Source: Intoshia linei
Lineage: Eukaryota > Animalia > Orthonectida
Reading direction: 5' to 3'
Assembly (NCBI GenBank): GCA_001642005.1
Contig: LWCA01000270.1
Coordinates: forward strand, 1-35,293
Length of the DNA stretch: 35,293 nt
Shown: piece by piece, positions 1-10,700 of the stretch
Numbering within the stretch: the first letter of the stretch is position 1
How the letters are laid out: each line of letters opens with the position of its first letter
Notes under the pieces: generated by a model
What the model saw: only the letters and a program-made list of their open reading frames with translations
Databases searched by the model: none
Told to the model about the DNA's origin: nothing
Position numbers and translations under genes: made by a program

Positions 1-733
1 ATAAATTTTAATCTCCCAAACTCACATCTTACGGGTCAAAAACCCCAATTGTCCTTTTTTTCAAAATCAAACGAGTTGGAGAATTAAAAAAATTACATCT
101 TCAGGACCAAAACCACAAATTACACTTTTTTTTAATGAAAATAGCCCTAGAATTTAAAAAAATTTACAGTGGTACAGATGTATCATGTTAATACACACAA
201 AAAATTTCAATCTGAATAAGTGACGCCTTCATGGTCAAAAAAGCATTTTAGTTTTCATATATTTTTTTTCCGAAATATTTTATTAACACAAAATGTAAAA
301 TAATTAACGGTCCGAAAATTAAAAAAAAGATTATTCTGATAGAACTTATTCCAGTTGATATAAATACAAAATTTCAACCCCAGAAATCTACGCATTCCCG
401 GTGAAAAATAATTTTTAATATATTATCAACTAATATTTTTCAAATATTTCGATTAAAATAAAAATTGAAAATGTAAATATTGATCCTACAATTTCAAAAA
501 AATGTGCTTTGAACGTCTACACATTTCCAATAAAGAAATATGGGTGAAAATCTATATATTTCATTCCTTCAGCATTTTTTTCATTGCTATGCAATTTTTA
601 AATTCCAAATTCTCATTTTCAAAAATTTTATTCAAATTAAAACTACAACAACGACTACTAAAAGTAATACAACTTTGTTATTATCATTTTTATATTTATT
701 ACAATATTATTTTAATATTGGTAAAATACTACA
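1..733 (+). mobile_element. Internal part of a non-autonomous Helitron-like repeat, probably inside an upstream NDOR1 intron
   Basis: Nearly collinear with 30358-31030 (e.g. ctcccaaactcacatcttacgggtcaaaaa at 13 and 30372; tacaactttgttattatcatttttatattta at ~668 and ~30974). Inverted partial copies lie at ~4430-4700 and ~9550-9640. Confidence 0.75.
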
Positions 734-959
734 TACTATAATAAGTCTACCTGGTACATTTGTTTTTACTAAATTTTATGGATTTTTTAATCATTTAGAG
801 AGAGTTTCAGGTTAATTTTTGTTTTTAAAATAGTATTTAGAGTAATTTAAAAATTATTTTAATAGTGGATGTATGCTAACTATTTTTAATTTTAACTAAT
901 TGTAATAAAAGCCACCTAAACTCTGAAAATTTTATATACACTAATTCTTCAAAATTCAG

Positions 960-2727
960 TTGTGAAGATAAAATACAAACTTGGTTAAAAAATATAATTG
1001 TTCACTATTCAAACGTAAAATTTTTTCAATATCAAACGGAGAAAAGAATGTATTTAAAAGAAACGATAAGGTATTTGTATAATGATTAATTTTAAGTATA
1101 CCTTAGTAATCCAATTCACCTCACTGCTAATGAAAAAACGAATTTCGTAAATGTAGAAAACACGCTTTTAAAAATTTACGGACAAGAATATTTTCCAGTT
1201 AAAGTCAAGTCAAATGTACGACAGACCAATCAATGCCATTGGCAAGATGTGCGACTTTTAGGATTAGATGTCATTCAGTAAACTTTACATTACAATTTTA
1301 AAAAATCAATTAAAATTTAGTCCATACGAAAGTGGTAGTACTTTGTTTATGATTTATAACAATGACGATGAATTGGTTTCACAGTTTTTAAATTTGTGGA
1401 GTTTAAACCGAGATGACACAATTTTATATCCTGGTATGACATAAAAAAATTGCTAAACAATACACCTATTTTAAGATATCAATATGATCTTGCCCTGGAA
1501 ATTTATTGCCAAGTATATTTTGGATTTGAATGCCACACCCAAAGATTTATATTTTTGGACTTTATTGAATCATTTTTCGATGGATGAATTGGAAAAAAGT
1601 AAACTAACAGAATTTTGTAATCCGTCATATGAGGTTTATACATTTAAATATTAAAATATCTATTTTAGGAGGAATTATTAGAATACTGTCGTCGACCTAA
1701 GCGGACAATTATGGAGGTTTTTATTTTTTATTACAATTCTTATAATGTTTAAGATATTGCAAGACTTTAAAGAATCAATAAAGTCATTTAAAATTGAATA
1801 TATATTTCAACTAATTCCGCGAATCAAACCTCGTGAATTTTCCATTGCTTCATCCGCTGTAATTATTTTTAATATTGTTTAAAAAAAATTTAGAAAATGG
1901 GAAATCATTTGGAAATATTGGCTTCCATTGTATCTTTTAAAACTACCATGAAAATTCAACGAAAAGGAGCTTGTACTGCATTTTTGGAAAAATTAGAAAA
2001 TAACGGTATAATTTCAATTTTAAATTTTGTTATAACTACAAACTTTTAATGTTTAGATACAGTGTTTATATCTTTAACAAAAACATGCCAATTTCCATTG
2101 TACAATTCTGTTCTCATAACTAAACCATTGATTCTCGTATCTACAGGTTATAATAATTTATTTGAAAATATAAATTAGGTGTGGGCTGTGCCACCTTTAG
2201 AGGAATTATTTATGATCGATATGTCGACGACAGGGGTAAATTTTAATGAATAAAGATTTATGTATTTTTAGCCACGTATATTTTTTTTGGATGTAGAAGA
2301 AGGGATTTAGATTTTTATTTTGAAACCTTTTGGAAAAAGGTCGAACAATCTAAAAATATTCATATTTTTTATGCATTTTCAAGAGAAAATGAGGTACATT
2401 AAAAATACGTGTATATTTATGCGAAAATAATAATAAAATTAATTCTTAGAAAAAAGTATACGTTCAAAATTTATTATTGGAGAAATCTAGTCTGCTGTAT
2501 GATATTATTGTTAAACAAAATGGAGCCGTTTTCATTTCTGGGTTTTTATTTATTCATGTTAGTTATATTAGTTCCATTCTAGAAAAGCAAAACAAATGCC
2601 AACTGAAATTTCAAATTCTATTCTACAAATTATTAAAGATTTTGGTAATATAAAATTAGAAAAAGCCAAACAATATTTATCTTACATGGAATTTAAAAAC
2701 AAATACCAAACCAAAACTTGGAATTAA
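960..2727 (+). CDS. NDOR1: NADPH-dependent diflavin oxidoreductase 1, 3' exons (flavodoxin-domain exons unresolved or upstream of the window)
   Basis: Hand-spliced exons ~960-1070, 1107-1277, 1321-1432, 1477-1633, 1669-1716, 1754-1858, 1894-2005, 2057-2146, 2179-2235, 2271-2392, 2450-2541, 2583-2727 stay in frame across 32-57 nt GT-AG introns. Motifs SNVRQT..HWQDVRLL, EELLEYCRRPKRTIME, IPRIKPREFSIASS, FFGCR..DLDFYF, AFSREN.KKVYVQ, SGKAKQMP and the C-terminus YQTKTWN* are diagnostic of NDOR1/Tah18 rather than CPR. Confidence 0.9.
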
Positions 2728-3017
2728 TTACATATTCATCTGTACTTGTAAGAAATATTTCATACTAGCTTGTTCTTGTATCTCTGTAAATAATACTCTC
2801 GAAAAACTATTAACAATTTGTTTTTTTTAAATTTTAAGACTAAATTTTTTAATTAACATGTCAATTAATTTAAATGTTTTAAATATATATATATTTATTT
2901 TTTTTTATTTATCATTATTTTTGATTGCGAATTAGTTTTTTATTTTAAAAATACACACTTTTAGATCTAATTATCCATCGAATTCTAAAATTTTCGAAAA
3001 AATGTGACACCCTAATG

Positions 3018-3481
3018 CAGTGGTTTCCAAAAAAATATATTGTCGACCCCCCTAACAGTATAAAAATATTTTTAGAGAAGATAAATTAGTACAAAATAGT
3101 GAATATGTTTATATTATTATAACAGCGATTAAAAAAATGTTGTATTTTAATATGACTGGTTTTATTTTCGTTATAAATCATACTTTAATATAGTTGACCC
3201 CTTAGTTGCTAGGGCCTAGTATACAAACAATTGTAAATTTGTGATTGTTCTTTTTTGTTTATATACATGTTATTGGCGTGTAAGGGTCAATAACTTTTAA
3301 ATTTATTATATTAGATAATAATTATAATCCAAATTTCAAGAATATATTAATTAATTATCAAATACTAAATCAAATTAATGTTAACGATGCTAATTTAATT
3401 TTAAATTTTTTCTTAAATCTGCGGCCCCCTCAGACTCTGTAGGTCCCCATTTGGAAAACACTAGAAACTGGAAACGTTAGG
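3018..3481. mobile_element. hAT/Charlie-like MITE
   Basis: Starts cagtggtttccaaa at 3018, with the inverted match tttggaaaacacta at ~3450. TSD-like ccctaatg (3010-3017) and gcctaatg (3482-3489). Confidence 0.5.
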
Positions 3482-3524
3482 GCCTAATGTACATCGTAAA
3501 AGTTTTGATGAAAATTTCATGTAC

Positions 3525-3770
3525 ACATAAAATTCTTTACGCAAATGTTAACGAAAAAAAATTAGGATGACATAATTCACCTTAAAGTAAAAATTAATGT
3601 AATATGACGGTTCCGCCTAAAACAAATTTGGGAACCATTCATTTAAATGATTGATAATAGTGAATAGCATGATTTTTAAATTAGATTTTCAACGTGAATT
3701 TATTTTTTTGGTATAATAAAAATGTGCCCCGGCAGATCTAAGTGCTGTTTGTACGTAGTACATAACAGTA
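3525..3770 (+). mobile_element. 3' end of the Helitron-like family (terminal hairpin region)
   Basis: Matches 31285-31520: aaattctttacgcaaatgttaac...gacggttccgcc...tttgggaacca...gccccggcagatctaagtgctgtttgtacgtagt. Confidence 0.75.
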
Positions 3771-3808
3771 TTGTATTGCACAATGTAATTAAAATAAATT
3801 TAACCTAG

Positions 3809-6540
3809 ATATTATCACCAAGTAATTAATGTATATGATGAACGCGCAACATCTATCATTTTTAAAATTTACAAGCAATTTATAATGCAAGATGAAAATA
3901 TTAAAACTATTGAAGCCGATATGTCAAGTACATTTTTGAATGATATCTCACTAGTCGACGCGCCCAAATTTGTCAAAAAACTTCGAAGAGATATCACAGA
4001 TTTTGAATCTCAAGCTGGCAACTATTTAAAAGCTAATTTGTTCAAATATATTAATGTGTACACTAAAATAGAAAATCAAGGTAAATTGTTGTATTCTTAT
4101 AAAAAAACTAGGTTGACTGTTATGTACTACGTAGAAACAGCACCTAGTTCTGCCGAGGGCACATTTTTATTCTACCAAAAAAATAAATGTTGAAAATCTA
4201 ACTTAAAAATGCTACTATTCACTATTATCAATCCTTTAAAGGAGTGGTTCCCAAACTTGTTTCAGGTGGAACCATCATATTACATTACTTTTTAATTTAA
4301 ACTGAATTATTCCATCTTAATTTTTTGTTTGTTAACATTTGCGTAAAGAATTTTAAAAACAATTTTTTAATTTATTAGACAGAATGTGTGTATAATATTA
4401 AAAATAAAGTAAAAACAGTCTAATTATTTTAAAGTTCAATTATTGGAAATATGTAGACGTTCAATGCACGTTTTTTTTGAAATTGTAGAATCAATATTTA
4501 CATTTTCAATTTTTATTTTAATTGAAATATTTGAAACATATTGGTTGATAATATATTAAAAATTATTTTTCATCGGGAATGCGCATATTTTTGGGGTTTA
4601 AATTTTGTATTTATATCAACTGGAATAAGCTCTATCAGAATAATCTTCTTTTTTAAATTTCTAAGGCTATTTTCATTTATTAAAAAAGGGTAATCTGGGG
4701 TTTTTCGGTAATCGTGAAAATACAATTTTAAAGTTGCCATTTATGCTAATGCTTATGATTTTAAAAACTATCCCAGAAGTTATGTTTTATTAAATTTTTG
4801 TGCTGATTTTATTTTTAAACAAGGACAAATTCTGTTTTTGACCTGAAAGACTCAAATTCGGAAAGTGAAAAATAGATATCAACATCCCTGCGAAAAAATA
4901 TATTAGAAATTGGGGTTTTTTAAATTCTTCGACTATTAATTTTAATATTAATTATTAATCTAACGGATTTTTCCCTTAAAGGTGAACAAAATGTTCAATA
5001 TAGAAGAGATGAACAAAATATTTTTAATTTTTATTTAAATACATCGATATATCATATGACGTATTTTTCTATTGTTTATTTTCATTTTGTAACCAATTTA
5101 AGAAAATAGTAGTTGTCATCCATGCTTTATTTTGTGAAGTGTTATCAATATTTAAATTTTTTATTATGTGTTCATTGCTAATAAAACATTGTGGTTTTTT
5201 TGATTTATATATAACCAAAGGTGTAAGTTTTTCTCCTAAATATGAACAATAATATTGTTACTTTTTCTTTAAACGATATATTTGTTTTACACCATCTAAA
5301 AATAAAACTTTTGTTTGTGGTTTGTTATATATTTATTTATTTGTTTATTATTTTTTTTGTTTTTTAATTGAAACCTGCTTTATCGCAATTAAAAATATTT
5401 TTCTTGTCGTAATTTTTTGATAATGTTTTAAAATCTTCCTTAAACTTGTCAATCAAGTTAATATTAACAAAATTTGCTTCACCTTTTAATGATTTGTATT
5501 TTATATTGTGTCTTTTTTTAAATTTATCTAACCATCCTGTCGATGCAGTGAAGTTTTCTTGACCCATTTTTTCCGATGTTTTTTGCAGCTTGTTTAACAT
5601 CATCATCGCTTATTATGAAGTTTAGATTCCGCTTAAATGAAAACCATTCAAGTAATATTTTTTCATATTGAAATACATTTAGCTTAATTTTCTTGTTTTT
5701 ACCTAGTTTAACATTTTCATTGATTTTACTGTCATTTTTTGTTTAAAACAAAAAAATAATGTTCAATATGAAAATGTTCATCTCTGGAGAATTGACTGTA
5801 AATGGTTACACAACATACACTCATTTTTAGCAACTTTTACTTTACATAAGTAAATATTATAATATTTTGAAATTCAGACCTCGACATAAGTTTATAGACA
5901 ACCCTATCACTTGATTGTGAATTGAAATGCTTTATAAATTGTGTTATAAACTGTTGGTTTGTAAATTATTTAATTTTCTTGGGAAATAATAATCCATAAT
6001 GTAAACTACAGTAATTATTTAGAATTTACAGAATATGCTGACATTGAAAAGGATAAATACAAAATATGTGCAGAAATATCTTTTCAATTTGAACGAGAAT
6101 GCATAAAATATATTTTTAAAGAAAAAATGTGGCAACATGAAAATTGTGTCATCTCAAAATGCGATGTATATAAAAATATAGCAATATGTAGAAAAATCAA
6201 TTCACATCTCACTAATAAAAACATTAAAACATTGGATTTTATAGTGGATTCTGATATATCTGGAATTTATAAAAAAAGATATGCTCATTTGATGCATAAA
6301 TTTAAATCTTACGGTTATCTCAAAAAAAGGCACGCAACCTTTACGGTAGACTTGATTAATCAGTATGGAATTTTAAGCATAAAAAGATTAAATAGATGGT
6401 CAAACTTTAGTCCAGTGAAACTTTTAAACGTATTATTAAAAATTTTGCCTGAAAAATATATGGAAGATGTAATGCTTATATTTACTTGTCTAAAGGCTTT
6501 AAAAAAAACACAAAAAACGATGAAAATGTTTGGAATATAA
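3809..6540 (+). CDS. Speriolin-like protein (speriolin C-terminal domain, SPATC1/SPATC1L family); exons 3809-4080 and 6023-6540, 5' end unresolved
   Basis: Extending ORF 6127 upstream to the acceptor at 6022 gives KICAEISFQFERECIKYIF...YKKRYAHLMHKFKSYGY...HATFTVDLINQYGIL...SPVKLLNVLLKILPEKYMEDVMLIFTCL. This follows the speriolin-C pattern (GEIAFQLDRRIL.YVF...RY..LM..L...GY...H..F.E..VN.YGIL...P..L......P...L.D.LLLL.CL). The upstream exon has acceptor ctag|3809 and donor caag|gtaaat at 4081 in phase 1, compatible with the phase-1 acceptor at 6023. Confidence 0.72.
4108..4900 (-). mobile_element. Inverted, internally deleted Helitron-like copy including the 3' terminus
   Basis: The reverse strand reads gccctcggcagaactaggtgctgtttctacgtagtacataacagtcaacctag|t, i.e. 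a hairpin followed by a CTAG end. 4430-4700 matches 130-540 inverted. Confidence 0.7.
5100..5799 (-). pseudogene. Degenerate pogo/Tigger (CENP-B-like) transposase with one TIR
   Basis: ORF 5364-5606 has FTASTGWLDKFKKRHNIK...GEA...YDKKNIFNCDKAG (Tigger HTH and first catalytic D). Downstream fragments PLVIYKSKKPQCF and QNKAWMTT are frameshifted. The terminus reads ta|cagtcaattctcc on the minus strand at ~5797. Confidence 0.85.
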
Positions 6541-6551
6541 TGTATTTACAA

Positions 6552-7666
6552 TTACATTATCAATTCCCATCCTTCATAGTCAATTTTATTGGATAGTACA
6601 TGTAACGACGATAAATATTTTGGAAAACCACTAAATTGGTATTATTGAAAACTTGTAAATGATATTAAACCTCATTTCTCTTCGACTTTTCGGCAAGTTT
6701 AACAAATTGTAAATCTGAAATAAATTTTGAATTCCATGTTTTGGGTCAATAGAATGGATAAAAATAGATTCACCAAGTAATGCCGCTAAATATAAAGTGT
6801 GTTTTATGAATTGAGAAAGTTGTTGAGCTGAAATGGAGCGGTAAAGTTGTCTAAAATTATACATTGTAAATTTATAAATTTTTGCAGTACGGAATTTGAT
6901 TAAGCATTTGATCATAAATTTTAAGAGACCACAATATTGTCCTCAATAAATTAAATACCAATTGTAAAGATTTGAAAATATTGTCATCTAATTTAAGAAA
7001 ACCTTCGTTAGGTACATGTATTTTATATTTCTGAATCAGTTTATTTAGTGAAATGTATGGTATCACAAAATCTGAAATTTTGAGTATTGCATTTAAATTA
7101 ACATTGCAGTCATTTTGGTAAAAATCTACAGGTACGATTTCTCGACACACACGTTGGACCAACTCCAAAGTAATATAAAATAACTTTAGATTAGATTTTT
7201 CAAGTTTTGTTTCAAGATGAATGTTGCCTGAATTTGATAATATTGGTACGGTGTCAAATGTGCATTGATTGTTTTCTTTTTCAAGTTTTTTCAATAAATT
7301 ATTAGACTCATTCAACTTAGTTTCATTACTCGAATTAACATGTTTAATTTCTAGGTTTTTTGATTTTATGTTGTGAATATACATTAATAGAGATCGCCAT
7401 TTAATTATGTTGGGTTCGAGTCTATTGAAATTTGCTTTATTGTCGACTGTTTCATAAAATTTAAACGATTCACAATCTTGGCAAAAACTTTTCGAAACAT
7501 AATAATTTTTTATTCGTTTCAATCTGTTCCATTCTTCCAATAAACTGCTATACGAAACTTGCTTGGAGTTGTATATGCTTCCGCTTTGTACACATTTTTG
7601 GCAAAATAATTTCTTTTTATATCTTCTACACGAGAAGCACTTTATTTTGGTTTTCGAAACGTTCAT
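6552..7666 (-). CDS. ATG14: Beclin-1-associated autophagy regulator ATG14 (Barkor); 3 exons 7666-6891, 6850-6671, 6630-6552, 344 aa
   Basis: N-terminal CxxC...CxxCVQSG (CFSCRRYKKKLFCQKCVQSG) followed by coiled coil. Two 40-nt GT-AG introns (6851-6890, 6631-6670) join the two listed ORFs in frame and add a last exon ending DYEGWELIM*. Confidence 0.82.
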
Positions 7667-7731
7667 AAAATTTAAACTTTGACATGAATTTGGTTTCTAT
7701 AATATAAAAATAAACTTATATTTAATAAGAC
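7667..7731. promoter_or_regulatory. Putative bidirectional promoter/5'UTR region between ATG14 and SRP72
   Basis: Only 65 nt separate the divergent start codons; the gap is AT-rich with TATAATATAAAA in the middle. Confidence 0.55.
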
Positions 7732-10700
7732 ATGAACGTTGAAGAAAAAAACGAATTACTCGTTCTGTGTAATGTATTGAAAGATTTTATCAAATGTGGA
7801 AATTTTTCTTTTGCAAACTTGAGAGAAACTGTTGGAACCTGTGAAAAGAGTATGTTTTTCATTATTCCCTAAAAGAAAATATACATTACAATGATTTTAT
7901 TTCAGTTTTAAAGATAAAATTTTTTCCTGCAATTCTCGAATTTCAAATTGTATCTCTTTTAAAATTGGAGAATTACGGTGAATGTTTGAAACTTGTTGGT
8001 GCACATGAATCAAATATTGAACCTTATTCAGAGTAATTATTTTAGTTTATTTTTTCAATTTCTATTTAATTCTAGACTGAGCTTTTTGAAAGCATATGTC
8101 TTGTACAAAAATAAATTGTTTTTTAAATCTCTCAAAACGTTGAACATGTTGAATGAAGATGTATCCACTGTTGATAAAACGTTTAAATATCAATCTATTC
8201 AATTTGATATTGTAAAAATCTAATCTAATGTTAACCGCATCTTATTTTTAGAATATAGTTAATGGAAAATTTGACCAAAATGACGATGAATATTTGGATG
8301 GAATTCAAGAGGTAAGTTTATTTAAATTTTAAATGAAAGGTAATTAAAAGGCAGTAGGCTACAACGGTACGGGTAACCTCGAGGGTCGACACGGAAGGCA
8401 CATTAAATGGAACATTTGTCATGATTTAAGGGTTGTAACCAATTAAATATTTATGGTTGGGTAATGAACGAATTTGAGCGACACGAGAGGTAAGGAAATT
8501 TAATTCTGAATTATTTATTATTCATTTTATTAACTAATAATATTTCATAATATTAACTGTTAAACCCTTATAAAAAAATGGAAAATTACTAAAAATAAAA
8601 GTATTGATATAAGAATAAACTTGGAACGTAAAATTATATTATACGGTAATATACCCATAAAATCTAGAAAAAATTAGAATTCTTCGGGTGTATAAATCAC
8701 TTTTTATACTAGCTTCATGAATGTAGACAGTTCTTTCCATTTTTTTCATTAAAATACATTTAAAACTAAACGACTGTAAAATAGGAAGATTAACATGGTT
8801 AAGATCCTAATAAAATTCCTGTAATTATATATTTTGCTATTTTTCAAATTGATCATATTTATCAGAATAACACCCTGTACGGTATGAATTTAAATATGAA
8901 AATTTTTCGCTACACATTTGGTACGTCAATAATATGCACCTTTTCAAAAACAAAATTGGTTCCAATTAAGAAAAAGACAAATTTATGCCCGAAAACCTTA
9001 AAATTAAAAAAGGCTATTACAAAATATTATCGCAGTCATTTTTTCTAAAAGTTTTTTTTGGGTTTTCAAATTCTCCTTCAACGTAGGTTTAATTTTGTCA
9101 AAAACGAACAACAGTAAAATATATATTATAGGAAATTAAACTACCTTGGAGTCATATCGAATCAAATAGGATAGCTCTCAAAATGACGAACAATGAATCT
9201 GTTGATGATTTAATTCAAGTTTATAATATATTTTCAAATCAAGTCTCATTTTAGAACTATCAACAATTTATATCTGGTAAACCCAATCTGGAGGATATTG
9301 AATTAGCGTACACTTTGGCATTTTATTGTACCAAAATGTTCAAATTTAAAAAGGCATACGAGATATTTAATGGGGTTTTCAAGCTTTATGAACAAAATAG
9401 TAATGAAATCAAAGATGAGAATTTCGCTATGAAAATTTTGTAATTTTTCAAATATTTTAATTCTAACTTATATAATATGCTACGCGATTTTTATTTGTGT
9501 GTCTGTGTGTATGTTTATGATTTTAAAATCCGTATTAGCGTATATATTTTTTTAAATTCTCCAACTCGTTTGATTTTCATAAAGAGGGACAACAGGGGTT
9601 TTTGACCCGTAAGATGTGAAATTGGGAGATTGAAATTTATTTATTATATGTCCCGGAAAAAACTGTAATTGAAATGTGGTCTTTAAAAAATTCTAAGAGT
9701 GGTAGTTATTTCAATAACGTGGAACACACAGACACACAAACAAAAATAGCATAGCATATTATCTAAGTAAGGATTGAACAACAATGTAACTGTACTATCT
9801 TTAAATTTTTTGTAAATGATAGGGCTGTTTTCATTTTTAAAAAAAGGGTACTCTGGGGTTTTTATCGTGAAAATAATATTTTTTGATGTTGCTTTATATT
9901 TTAAAAACTATCCCAGAATTTAAGTTATGTAAAATTCTAAGACTTTTTATTTTTAAAAAAAAAAGGTAATTTGAAGTTTTGGTCGTGAAATTTTAAGATT
10001 TTGAAATTAAAAATTATCATATTGTTGATGATTTTTAAATATTGATCAGATTGTGTATTTTTTATAATTCTAGGACGGATTTGAATTTAAAAAAAAGCAT
10101 AAATGAGGTTTTTAACCTTGACTTTGACAACTTTTTTTAACAACTCGCTAATAAGAAACCTGTTTATACTAAGGGTTATTTTAAGAGTGTAGTTGTAACA
10201 TTTTGGGTTGTTTTAAATGGAAATGTCTTATTGCAAATTTGATTTTTTAATGTGGTGTAAAAAAATTACATATGGTGTGTAATATAATAATTAAAATTTT
10301 TTACAATAAATCCTTTGCTGTACGCTATAATATATAATTATTAATTACTATAAACATGATTAACTTTCTATTTAGCAATCTAATGGGATTCATTTATCAA
10401 AATATGGGAAGATTTGAAGAATCTACGCAATGTTATGATAAATGCTTGACTATCGCGTAATTTAAATTAATATTTAAGATTTTATATTAGAATTTTTAAT
10501 ATTTATTACAGAGTTACCAGATGTTGGGAATTTATGGCTAAGCCTAGACGACCGCTACATTATTATTTCAAAAATCCCAATTTTATCCCACCATTTATAA
10601 AATTTAATAAAAAATACCATTGCAAACCCTCAAAGAAAATTGACTTTCACCGATATTTTTTTTCAAACCCCAAAATAAATCATATCTAATTATGCTAAAC

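Noticed and set aside
502-815. ORFs 502-741 and 540-815, and the paralogous 30784-31005
   Set aside because: They lie in the Helitron-like repeat, frames are not preserved between copies, and they have F/I/K/Y-rich AT-biased composition.
799-870. Possible NDOR1 micro-exons (799-810, 866-870)
   Set aside because: AG/GT borders exist, but I could not phase them or match flavodoxin motifs with confidence.
4081-4193. C-terminal part of ORF 3885-4193 as a genuine protein end
   Set aside because: It follows a strong donor and reads through an inverted Helitron end.
6872-6915. Programmed frameshift between ORFs 6872-7666 and 6631-6915
   Set aside because: Fully explained by a 40-nt GT-AG intron at 6851-6890.
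8352-9090. GC-richer insert in an SRP72 intron with a taacaccctgta (mariner-like) end
   Set aside because: Probably TE-derived, but I could not define paired termini or a TSD.
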